Source: Basidiobolus meristosporus CBS 931.73 | Taxonomy: Eukaryota; Fungi; Basidiobolomycota | Direction: 5' to 3' | Assembly: GCA_002104905.1 (NCBI GenBank) | Contig: MCFE01000021.1 | Span: 124,001 to 188,000, forward strand | Length of the DNA: 64,000 nucleotides | Shown: positions 35,808 to 47,343 of the stretch, in pieces | Numbering within the stretch: position 1 is the first letter of the stretch | Layout: every line of letters begins with the position of its first letter | Program-made: the position numbers and the translations under genes | The notes under the pieces: model-generated | Told to the model about the DNA's origin: nothing | The model's input: only the letters and a program-made list of their open reading frames with translations | Database searches by the model: none

Positions 35808-38800
35808 TGTTACAATCTGCCGCTTGAATGTTCAAGTTAGATCAGTTTTTAGTCAAATCAATTAGGTATATGTTTAGGTTTTCAGTATATCAGTTTTATC
35901 TATCAAATCAGTAGCATTAGTCAGCAAATGAATCAGCAGATCCTTATCAGACAGAAATAGAAGTATTAGGCAGGATCTTATTGGGTGATGATGTAGTCAA
36001 ATGAGTCATCAGCCACAGCCTACATTAGGAAATACAATTAGTCAGCAATTGATCTGGCAAAATGTATGAAAGGAGCTGCTGGAATCTTGATAAAGATAAG
36101 TACAAGTTTTAGTGAATACAATAATAGCTAAACTCCCTATTCCTCTATAACTCTTATACCAAGATTTGTAACATAGGTAGCAGCAATAATCAAAAACATC
36201 CCTCCTGAAGAAAGAAGAAGCCTCCCTCAAGATGTCCAAAAATCAAGAATGGAAAAATGCTATGCAACAAATCCTGGCCCAGCAGTAACAAGGAATGACT
36301 ACCATGGCCCAAAGCCAGGAAAACTCTGTCAAGAGCAACTATAGTGTGAAGGTCAACCGGTACAATGGTAGAGTCAATGAAAACCTGGGAACTTGGCTCT
36401 TCCAGATTGAAGAAGCTTTAAAGGCAAAGGGAATTGTTGAAATATTAGAGACATACATTGGAAGTGAATTGGAGAATTAGAAGATTTACATGATATTCAC
36501 TTGATGTTTTATTGAGTTGCAACACAGTATTTATACTTATTGCAGAACTACGTAAATGTGATTATTTGGTCATTATTAGGGGAGTCTCAGGAGTACATGT
36601 GCCAAGTTTCAGCTCATTTGAACAAGTTTCAGATTTTCCTAAAATTCTGTACTTCTCTAATTCCTAATAATTAGTAAATATCTTACGAACTAATTTCCAT
36701 GTTGATAATCTGAAATATATCATTTCACTAAGTGCTAGTTCATAATATATTAATAATTAGGTGGACTCCTAATGATTTCAACAGGAATTACTCCAGAACA
36801 CAAGTTACATTATGCAGCCTCTTACCTGGGAGACGCAGCTTTACAGTGGTACCACAACAAGATCAGGTCAGCCACCATGATGGAATGCTCTACAATCTCT
36901 ACCTGGGTTGAGTTTATGTTGGAAATTCAGGATGCCTTTGAGCCCCCACATCAACAGGCACTACTAAGAAGAAAGTTGAAGACACTCACACAGAAAGGAA
37001 TGGTCCAAGAGTAAATATATGAATATAGATGTCTACTTGGGCAAATTGAAAGAATGGACCCTCTTGATCAAGTTGAATACTTTATTGATGGTTCAGAGAA
37101 AGAACTGGTAAGGAAGTGAATTATCAAGGACCTCAGACCACTGGAGAAGCCATCAAGATTGCCATTGACTATGACTCAGCTATGTTTGGAGTTGGGAAGC
37201 CTACAATGACTAATCAGTGAGGCTACAATCACTATGAAAATAGACTCTATGCAGAAGAATATTACCTCAGAAGAATGTAAGAAGAAAGGACTTTGCTTCA
37301 ATTGCCACCAACAGGGACATATTGCAAAGTATTGCCCTCAGAGAAGAAATGGACACCAGCCATCAAGAACCTTTAGCCATATTGAGGCCCTGGAGCATAG
37401 TAACATGGAGGATGAACTTGAGGAAGACTCAGAACTCATCTTCCATATGACAGAAGAGTACCTATCCCAGATGACCTCAAACTCAGGAAAGCTATTATAC
37501 TTGAATGGGGTAATCAATGGAGTACCTGCCAAGATCATGATTGACTCAGGAGCATTGCATGAGTACATGTCAGAGCAACTTGCTTAGAAAGCTGGAATCA
37601 ACTTGGAACCCACCAAATCAACTACAGTCTTAACAGCTAATGGGAGCTCTCACATAATCAACCATATTACTTGGCCAGTAAGGGTGATGATCAATGACTA
37701 TGAAGAAGAGCTACAGGCCCATATATTTGGGGACTGCAAGTTTGACCTTGTACTTGGGAAAACCTGGCTATTTTGTTCTAATCCATCATTCAGCTCAAGA
37801 ACCCATGCTACTCATATCTAGTAGGACAACAAGACCTATGAGCAATCACCTGCTGGACTGGATGTTAACTTGGTCAATTCCAGTGTGTGTGAGACAAGTG
37901 GACTTAGCAAGACACTATTCTGTAGAGCACTAAGAAAAGGCACCCAGATGTTCCTCATGGCATATTACAGGAGGATTCCTCTACTCCAGTAACCCAGAAG
38001 GCCCAGACTCTTTTGAAGGAATATTCAGAGGTATTTCCAGCAGAGCTTGTAAGCCTAACACCAGTCAGAGATGTGGATCATGCCATTGAAACAGGAGATA
38101 GCCCTCCAGTGAGTAAGACACCTTACAGAATGAGTCCATTGGAGTTGGAAGAGATGAAGAGACAAATAGATCAGTTACTGGAGCAAGGATATATCAGACC
38201 CAGCAAGTCTCCTTGGGGAGCACCAGTACTTTTTGTGAAGATGAAGGATGGAACACTCAGGATGTGCATTGACTACAGAGCCCTCAACTCAGTTACTGTG
38301 AAGAACAAGTACCCCATACCTTGGATTGATGAGCTCTTGGACCAACTCAATGGCCCCACTATACTCAGCAAGATTGACCTCATGTCAGGATACAACCAGA
38401 TTAGGGTGAAGCCAGAAGACATCCCTAAGATAGCATTCAGGACCAGATATGGACATTACAAATACTTAGTCATGAGTTTTGGCCTCACCAATGTCCCTAC
38501 AACATTTATGACCCTGATGCAGACTGTCTTCCAGGAGTACTTAGACAAGTTTGTAATAATCTACCAAGATGATATATTGATATACTGCAAGACAGAAGAG
38601 GGTCACTTGGTGCACATTGAAAAGGTCTTGAAGAAGCTAAGAGAGAACAAGCTTTATAGCAAGCTACCCAAGTGTGACTTCTTCAAGGAACATGTTGAAT
38701 ATCTGGGACACATAGTGACTAGAGCAGGAGTAACCTTAGACCCTAAAAAGGTTGAAGTTATCAAGTATCTGAAGCAGCCCCATAGCATGTCAGCACTCAG

Positions 38801-40855
38801 ATCATTCCTTGGAATGGTTTCCTATTATTGGAGATTTGTCAAGTCCTTTGCAAGTATTGCAGCCCCTTTAACTGATATCCTCAAGAAAGACAATACCTAC
38901 AAGTGGGACATAGCATGTGAAACTGCCTTCCAGACACTCAAGAATGAACTTGCTAAGCTGCCAAGCTTAACAATACCTGACTTCAGAAAAGAGTTTACTC
39001 TGTGCACAGATGCTTCAGATTATGTAATAGGTGGAGTGTTGAGCCAAGAACACAAGGGAAAGGACTACCCCATTGCCTTTGAATCCAAGAAACTAAACTC
39101 AGCAGAACAAAACTATCCAGTGCATGAGAAGGAGATGCTTGCTAAAATACACTGTTTGAAGACATGGAGATGTTATACTGAAGGAGTTAAATGCACTGTA
39201 AAGACTGATTATGCCTCCCTCAAGTATTTACTTACTCAGAAGGTACTCTCTAGAAGAGTGACAAGATGGAGTTAATACATTCAGCAATTTGACTTGGAGA
39301 TTGTCTACTGCCCTGGAAAAAACAACATGGTTGCTGATGCCTGATTAAGACTAGACCAAGTTGCAAAACTCAGCTTGATGCATGAATCAGATTGGCCTAG
39401 CTTATTACCAAAGTACTTGGAGGCCCAAGCCATTCCTGATAAGGTGGATGAAGATATCAAGAAGTTAATCTGGGATGAAGCCAGCAAATCTGTATTACAG
39501 GATGAAACACTCTACCAAATTGTTGATGGAAGCCCTATTGCCTATTGCCCTTATGTTTCTTGCCTGGATTTAATACATAAGCTACACAATGGATATTGAC
39601 ATCTTGGAATTGAAGGAACCTATAGCCTTGTGAAAGCCAGAGCATGGTGGCCCAGAATGAAACATGACATTGGGAAGCTAGTGAAAACATGCCCAAATTG
39701 CCAAATCAACCAAGGCCAACCACAGCAAATTGCTGAACTCTTTCCCTTGGAGCCTGTAAGACCACTTGAAAGATGGGGAATTGACTTTATTGGAAGACTG
39801 CCAACAACCAGGAAATGCACCATTGGATCCTAGTAGCAACTGACCATGCCACTAAATGGCCAGTAGCTAAAGCTGTACCTATAGCTAGTGAACAAGAAGT
39901 TGCAAGCTTCATCTACCATGAGGTCCTTATGAAGTTTGGATGCCATGTAGAGATTCTATCCAATAGAGGTGCAAACTTTATGGCAAAGACATTCAAAGCT
40001 TACCTGGAAATGCAGCAGATTAAACACTTGAAAACCTTGGCATATCACCCCAAACTAATGTAGTCACTGAACAGTTTAATGGATTATTTGGAAAAAATGC
40101 TGACCAAGTATGCAAATGGAGCTGTCAGTAGATGGGATGAGTATATAGACCAAGCACTCATTGCATGCAGAGTCAGAGTACACCGCACTACCCAACATTC
40201 ACCACTTTACTTATTGTATGGATGTGAACCAAGGATTCCAGGAGATCTCACACAACCAAAGCTTACAGACACCTTAGAATAGGAGCTCAGTCAGCCAAGT
40301 AGACCTCAGCAACTGGAGCAAAGATGTCAAGAGGAACAGACCAAAGTATCTCAAAGTGCAGAGAAGATGAAGCAGAGATTTGATAGGACTATAGCACCAG
40401 AAGCATTGACAGTTGGGAACCATCAAGATATTGGTATCACAAGAAAAAAAATTCAGGAGAACCCTCTCAACTTTAGCAGGTGAGAATGTTATGATCTACT
40501 GCTTGAATGTTTAAGTTAGATCAGTTTTTAGTCAAATCAATTAGTTATATGTTTAGGTTTTCAGTATATCAGTATTATCTATAAAAACTGTAGCATTAGT
40601 CAGCCAATGAATCAGCAGATCCTTATCAGACAGAAATAGAAGTATTAGGCAGGATCTTATTGGGTGATGATGATGTAATCAAATGAGTCATCAGCCACAG
40701 CCTACATTAGGAATTACAATTAGTCAGCAATTGATCTGGCAAAATGTATATGAGGAGCTGCCAGAATCTCAATAAAGATCAGTTAAAGTTTTGTTGAATA
40801 CAATACTAGCTAAACTCTCTATTCCTCTACAACTCTTATGCCAAGACTTGTAACA
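35808..40855 (+). mobile_element. Gypsy family A copy 2; LTRs 35808-36173 and 40487-40855; 4-bp TSD AAAG/GAAG
   Basis: Collinear with copy 1; RT/RH ORF 38013-39275; GPF domain deleted near 40420; flanks rejoin the C1 gag seen at about 57390-57430. Confidence 0.96.
36435..36783. repeat. Solo LTR of a further family (349 bp, AT-rich), 5-bp TSD GGAAT
   Basis: TGTTGAAAT...ATTTCAACA inverted ends; GGAAT at 36430-36434 and 36784-36788; empty site at about 22575 in Gypsy A1. Confidence 0.93.
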
Positions 40856-41516
40856 GAAGCATGAATTTGTGCAATGAAGGAATCTGGCATTTTGATATAT
40901 ATGGCATCAAAAGCCCTTCTCTCCTTCTCCTGACACTTCACCACTTCTTCTGCTAATCCTCTAGGCCCAGCTTCATTTCCTGGTACTATATTCCAAAGCT
41001 TTCTTTCCTCAAGGTAGATCTGCATCTTGACTCTCCAAAGTTTGTAGTGTTCCAATGAAACATCTCCTTTAGAGGGAGGATGTTTGTGTTGTTCTGATTG
41101 CTGGTAGAAGTCATTTTTTGAAATGATTAAGCCAATTGGGACTATTAACCTGTTGCAACTTATGACATGATTTGGATAAATGGAACTTATCATGAAATAG
41201 TGGTGATAGCTGAATTACTGTTTAGTCATACAGAGGTTCAGTAGTTATACCTTTGTAGTGGTGATAGAACTGTGACACTAAGTAAGTAGCATTTCTCAAC
41301 ATTAAGGAGCATACTTTGACAGTTTCAAGGTTAATACATAATGTTTGGCAAGAGTGCTAGTTTAATCCAGACTACAGAGGAGTAATTACAGGATTGTAGA
41401 TCTGAAAGCAAGTAGCAAAGTTAGGGCTGCAAATGAGTCCTTCAGTGACTAAGACTAGTCTAGAATTGTTAAGTAACTTATTAGCTGCTGAATGATACCA
41501 AATAATCTAGTATTTT

Positions 41517-43290
41517 AGTTAGTGCCACATAATGCCAGCCTGATTGTAGTGCTGGATTGATCTGTTGCTCTGATATCTGCCGCAGGGCCAGTAGTAGATT
41601 ATGGCTACTGGTATCTTTACTAAATCTCACTTATGCTGCTCAGATCAGTGTCATTCTTGCTTTATTTACTCTTCATAATTCTGCAAACACATTTCTCTTG
41701 GTGATGTTGGTGGGTAAGGATTTACTCTGCATTGATAAGTATCTTACTATTTTACCTATTCTGCTATTTTCTCCTATTTGTGACTTTCCTCTGTATTTGC
41801 CTGTCAATATGCTGAATCTCTTTAGATGTCCAAAGAAGTGCTCTACTCTAACTCTGAACTGATTAAATGCCATATTGAAGAGCTTCTGCTTCCTGCTGAG
41901 CGCACCATTCCATGGCTTCTAATGAGCTGTAATATAATCTATTCTCTGACAATCCTCACTTGTAAAAGCTAAGTCTGCTATCTATTTCTCCTCTGCTGAA
42001 TTTTGGAAGATTATCTACCCCGAGTGCTTTTCATGCCAACTTCCAGAAAATGGCCCACTAAACCAGTTGATCTTAACCTGAATGTCATATAATACTTGTA
42101 GCTTCACACAGTTTGCCTTGTGTTTGCCAGAGTAGAAGTGCCTCTGGCCTTTGAAAGGTCTGGTATTCCTTACTGGGAAGGTATTCAAAATACCCCTGGT
42201 ATGGAGCCTGTTGCTCAATACTCTGGGAAATGAAGTCCCATTGGAGTGTCTGAGCTTAATATTAACAAATTGCTCTTAGTCATTCATACCCTCTGCAGGG
42301 TGATTGCCCATTACTATCTACTAGGAGCTAGAGCTTCTAAAGCTTTTGCTGAGACCTTGTAGGGCAAAAGTTCTTGTAATATCAGAGAAGCTTGACAAGG
42401 GATCTCCTTGAATAGATGCAAAAGATTCCTTGCTCAACTTGCAGAGTATTGGCTGCACACATTTGTTTGTGCCTCACTTTAAGTACCAAGGAGATCTGGA
42501 ATTAGTTTTTGCCGCAAATGACTAATGACTACACAATAGGCTTGTTCCATCATTCCAGCTGATCATAGTGCCCAATAGTGCCATAGCATGCCAGATGGTG
42601 CCTGATCATGCCACAGAGTGCCAGATGGTGCCATACAGTGCCAATTTGTGATCAAAATTGACATGCATATGACCCTAAAATATTAAATTAATAACAAAAT
42701 ATACAGCCCTTTCTGGCACTATGATCAATGGCACAATGGAACAAGTCTAATATATTAGTGGAGCCATGTGGCTTCTAAGAGCAAAATTCTCAGGACTCAT
42801 AAAGGCAATGGTGCCAAAGTGTTACACAATGGCTAAGTGAATACCTTAAGGAAACAGAAGGAGAGCTTCAAGAGGAAGAATGCAGACTGCAAGCAACTGC
42901 ATGTTGATTATGCCAGCACACCTTGCTGTATTTGTTATCATCCACAGCAATGTCCAAGAACTGGTGCACATCAGTACAATCAACATCAATGCCCTTTACA
43001 AGAGTGCCCTGAATTGTGTTGACATGCTTCAGTTCAATGTGCATGCTTCAGAACAGAACTACCAGAACTCACCAAACCACTCTTTTAAACACATGTCTGT
43101 TGGAGTAGGCCAAGCTGTGTCAACACCTAACATTAAATCAAATTCAGCCAAGGTCTATATCAATGCATCAAGTTGCACCTGTGCATGCCGTTACACCTGA
43201 TAATAAGGAAGTTACCTCTGGAGAACTGACTGACAAAGACCCACATGAAGTGCCTCCACCACTTGAGCCTTTGGCAAGTAAAGGAACACA
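41517..43290. mobile_element. Family P fragment P5 (degraded transposase about 41660-42410 on minus; middle of ORF2 on plus)
   Basis: FRVRVEHFFGHLKRFSILTGKYRGK and TFPVRNTRPFKGQRHFYSGKHK; 42430-43290 homologous to about 12460-13110. Confidence 0.85.
42538..42748. mobile_element. 211-bp MITE of family P, AAT TSD, nested in P5 ORF2
   Basis: AGGCTTGTTCCAT...ATGGAACAAGTCT; AAT at 42535-42537 and 42749-42751; multiple GTGCCA/ATGCCA repeats. Confidence 0.9.
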
Positions 43291-44639
43291 TGCCCAATTA
43301 TCTAATTGCCAAACCAATCATGGCCAACTACAGAGAATTGCTCAACTCTTTCCCTTGGAGCCTGTAAGACCATTTGAGAAATGGGGAATTGACTTTATTG
43401 TAAGACTGCAAACCACCAGGCAATGCAAATGTTGGATCCTAGTAGCAATTGACAATGCCACCAAATGTCTAGTGATTAAAGCTGTACCTGTAGCCAATGA
43501 GCAAGAGGTTGCAGGTTTCATCCACCACATATCCTTATGAGCCCTTGATGCCCTGGAGAGGCTTTATCCAGCAGAGGAGAAACTTGATGGCAAAGACATT
43601 TGTAGTTTACCTGGAAATGCAGCAGATTAAACACTTGAAAACCTTGGAATATCACCCAAGAACTTATGGAGTTAATGAGTGTTCTCATGGACTATTTGGA
43701 AAAATGCTGACCAAGTATGCAAATAAAGCTGTCAATAGATGGGATGCGTATTAAGACCAAGCAATTTTTGGTTGCAGAGTTAAGGTGTGCAACACCACCC
43801 AACAATTGCCAATTTTCTTAGTGTATGAATGTGAACCAAGGATTACAGGAGATATCACACAACCAAAGCTTACAGATGCTTTGATAGATATACTCAGTCA
43901 CCCAAGTAGACTCCAGGAGCTGGAATAAAGCTGTCAAGAGGCACAGGCCAAATTATCTCAACGTGCAGAAGATGAAGCAGATATTTTATAATACTATATC
44001 ACCAGAAGCATTGATAGTTGGGAACTTTGTATTGCTGAGAAACAACACTTGGAAGTAGCATAAGCCACAATGGACAGGAGCATTCAAGATCATCACAAAA
44101 TATATACTTGCATCTTACCAACTGGTGGACCAATTAAGGAATATAGAGTAAGATTTAGTTCATACAGACAGACTCAAGCTTGCAAGATTTGCTGACAGTA
44201 CTGAATTATCATAATATTGGTGATACAAGAAAAGAGATTCTGGAGAACTCTCTTAACTTTAGAAGGGGAGAATGTTATGATCTACCACTTGAATGCTCAA
44301 GTAAGATCAGTGATTAGTCAAATCAATTAGTAATATGTTTAGCCTAGCAGTATACCAGTGGTATCTATCAAATCAGTAGTATTAGTCAGCGGATGAATCA
44401 CCAGATCCTTATCAGACAGGAATAGATATATTAAGTAGGATCCAATTGGGTGATGATGATGCTTCAAATGAGTAATCCACCACAACCTACATTAGGAAAT
44501 ACAATTGGTTGGCAATTGATCTGGCAAAATGTATATAAGGAGCTGATGCAACCTCAAAAGATCAGCTCAAGTTTTGGTGAAAATCAACACTGGCTAAACT
44601 TCCTATTTTTCTACAACTCTAAAATCAAGACTTGTAACA
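43290..44639 (+). mobile_element. 5'-truncated Gypsy A copy 3 (integrase plus 3' LTR 44273-44639)
   Basis: RPFEKWGIDFI integrase core, PPT AGAAGGGGAGAA, A-type LTR. Confidence 0.92.
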
Positions 44640-44880
44640 CCATATCCCACTCTCTTCAAGAATATTACCATCTTGTCTGTCATGAATATGACAAGCTGGC
44701 ACATGGAGGACAGCCCAGTAGAGTTGGAAAATACTGACAACAGATGTGGACATGGAGACACCTTCTCCCTATGGCATCAAGAAGCTAAGCAGCCTATATA
44801 TATGGGTAATCAGTTAAATGATGCAAAGTTGGGTAGGGTGCAATAAGCAACTAATTTTTGATGAACTCTTATTGAAAAAG
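44640..44880 (+). pseudogene. CACTA transposase fragment K3
   Basis: Homologous to about 29490-29720. Confidence 0.8.
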
Positions 44881-45246
44881 TGTTATGATCTATTACTTGA
44901 AAGTTCAAGTTAGATCATATTTAGTCGACTCAGTTATTTTTATGTTAAGCCTATCAGTATATCAGTATTATCTATCAATCAGTAATATCAGTCAGCAGAT
45001 GAATCAGCAGGGCCTAATCAGACAGAAATTGACGTATTTAGTAGGACCTAACTGGGTGATGGTGATGCAATCAAATGAGTCATCAGCCCCAACCTATATT
45101 AGCTAGCACAATGATTCAACAATTGATTTAGCAAAACGTATGTAAGGTGCTGCTGGAACCTCAACAAAAATCAATTCCTGTTTTAGTGAATACAATGCTA
45201 GCCAAGCTCTCTCTTCTACTACAACTCTAATAGGAATACTTTAACA
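44881..45246 (+). repeat. Solo LTR of family A without matching TSD
   Basis: TGTTATGATC...TTAACA; flanks AAAG/CAAT come from unrelated sequences. Confidence 0.88.
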
Positions 45247-46532
45247 CAATCAACAAGTAACTTCATTAAAATCTACCATTCAATCAGGGTTTCCGCAAAA
45301 ATGCCACTTTTCTTTATTTTTGGCAGGAGCTCTACAGCTTGATGTCATTGTTGCTTTACTGGTTTTCATGTCTTGGTCTTCAGGCAGTAGTGCAAGGTCA
45401 AGCACCGGCACTAACATTACATCCAATCCTGCATTCATCAATTAACTCCATTGAAATTCACCACTCAATAAGTACTTCTGCTGTAAAACTCTGTTTCCAT
45501 GACCTTGGCAGAAACCCTATAGCTTTATACCACTGTTCATACACTAGTTGCCATATATCATGGTGTGCAGCTGGCACTGCAAGCTCTAGCACCCCATCTG
45601 CTAGTCTTTGCAATAAATCTTTGCAATATTAAAGTGTGTACTCTAAGTAACTGCTCTTGAGGAAGTGCTGCAACCATTTGCTATGCCTATTATTTTTCCC
45701 AAACTCAACTGCAGGCAGTGAGATAGTCTTCTGACTACTTGTCACTGTTGCTTTGTCTCCCAGTGGGACCCCCACTTTGTCTTCAATGTAGGGCACAAAG
45801 GCTGTGATAGACAAGTTGCCTTTCTCTGCAAACACATCTACATCACTGGAGTGCACCTCAATTGGCCAGGGTTCCATCTCTTGAGAAAACAGCCACTGTT
45901 CTGTTAGTATTCTTCTTGACTATGATGGGATTCAGTCTGTTCTAGGCTTATGGCATTAACTGCTGGGAACTGCAGCTTTTTTCTCCTACTTCCATGTCTC
46001 TGGCTTGGATAGGCTTTTGCCCTTTACCTTTTACTTTATCACTGCCAGATCTTTCATTGCTAATTTGCTGAAGTCCTTTTTGTAAAGAACTACATATTCT
46101 CCTTGATTATTGCTGCAGTTGTGCATTTACTTCTGGCTGACTGTCTCTATCATTCATACCTCTGGCTACTTGATATTGCATTGCCTATTATTAAGGGCCT
46201 TTTGCCCTGCTGATAACAAGCTGTTGAGAAATATGCTGGTATTAGACTGTAACACCATTATTCTTCTGCCTTTCATAACTTCTGCTATTCTTGCAAAATG
46301 TTTTTGGCATAGCACACTGGCCCAAAAGCCACTTTTTTGTTTGAATCCAGGATAATGCTATTGGAACAGATCAAGCACAATTTGTTGCAATTTAAGAAGT
46401 GTTTTTGATATGAAATACTTATCACAAAATAAAGATAGTAGCTGAACTATTGTTTATTCACAAAGAAGCACAATATTTAAGCCCATGTAGAAGCAATATA
46501 GCTATATCACAAGATAGAGGGAGTTTTTAATA

Positions 46533-46881
46533 TTTTGTAAGAGTCTTAGAGCAATTGGAAGTGATTTAGAGCACAAGCTGATTATGTGGTTTTCACTGCA
46601 GGATTTATTGAATTTGAAAGTAGTATTCATACTTTTACATGATCTTGGCATAACAAACATGTGGGATAGGCTAAGGAAGGTCCCAAGAACATGTGTGCAA
46701 AGTTTGGGGCTGATTGGACAACTCCAAGAACTCTCATGTTTTGAGTACCTGGTATTGTGGTGAAAATATTCCAGGTAAATCTTAACAAGGAGTTTAGTCA
46801 GTATTCCATAGGATTTGAATGTGGTGATCTAAGTGACTAAGTAAGGTGAATATTTAGGTGGAATTCCCAATCTTTACAACA
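46533..46881 (-). repeat. Solo LTR of Copia C2 inserted in the C1c LTR; TSD TAATA/CAACA
   Basis: Homologous to 16624-16970; both flanks are contiguous C1 LTR sequence around CAACA. Confidence 0.85.
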
Positions 46882-47343
46882 CAACATTCAGGAGTATTCT
46901 GTAGCATCTCATGGTTAATACTTAACAGTTGGAAAAAGTACTAATTGATCTTGCATATAAGGGAATGATCATAGGAAGATTGATCTGAACAAAAGTGGCA
47001 AAGTTAGGACTTTAAATAAGTCCTCTAGCGACTAAGACTTGTCTGGAACTGTTAAGAAAGTTTAGCTGCTGAATGATGCCAAATAGCCCTGTAATTCAAC
47101 ACTCCCCCTCAACTAAGTAGCTAATTCATCCCAATTTCTCTCTGTGATCCTCAAGCTGCGGCCTTGCTAGTTGTTTTGCTGATTTAGCTGCCACCACTTT
47201 CTCAGTTTAGCAGTAAGCTAACTCTACTAAGCTATTTTGCACAGCTTCCCTGACATAGGTGTGTTGTATATCTATGTGCTTAGTTCTGGCATGATTAGTA
47301 GAGTTTCTATCTGATGAAATACCACTTTTACTTTCCTTGTAAG

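Larger units (their letters stand above)
31700..41517 (-). mobile_element. Copia C1 copy d: 3' LTR about 31700-32073, 5' LTR 41151 to about 41517; hosts B2b, Gypsy A2 and a solo LTR
   Basis: PPT 32074-32086; RH/RT 32090-33100; IN/PR/gag 33960-35807 (GCCNHCQRPGHWAREC); gag start 40856-41100; PBS GGTTAATAGTCCCA at 41137-41150. Confidence 0.9.
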
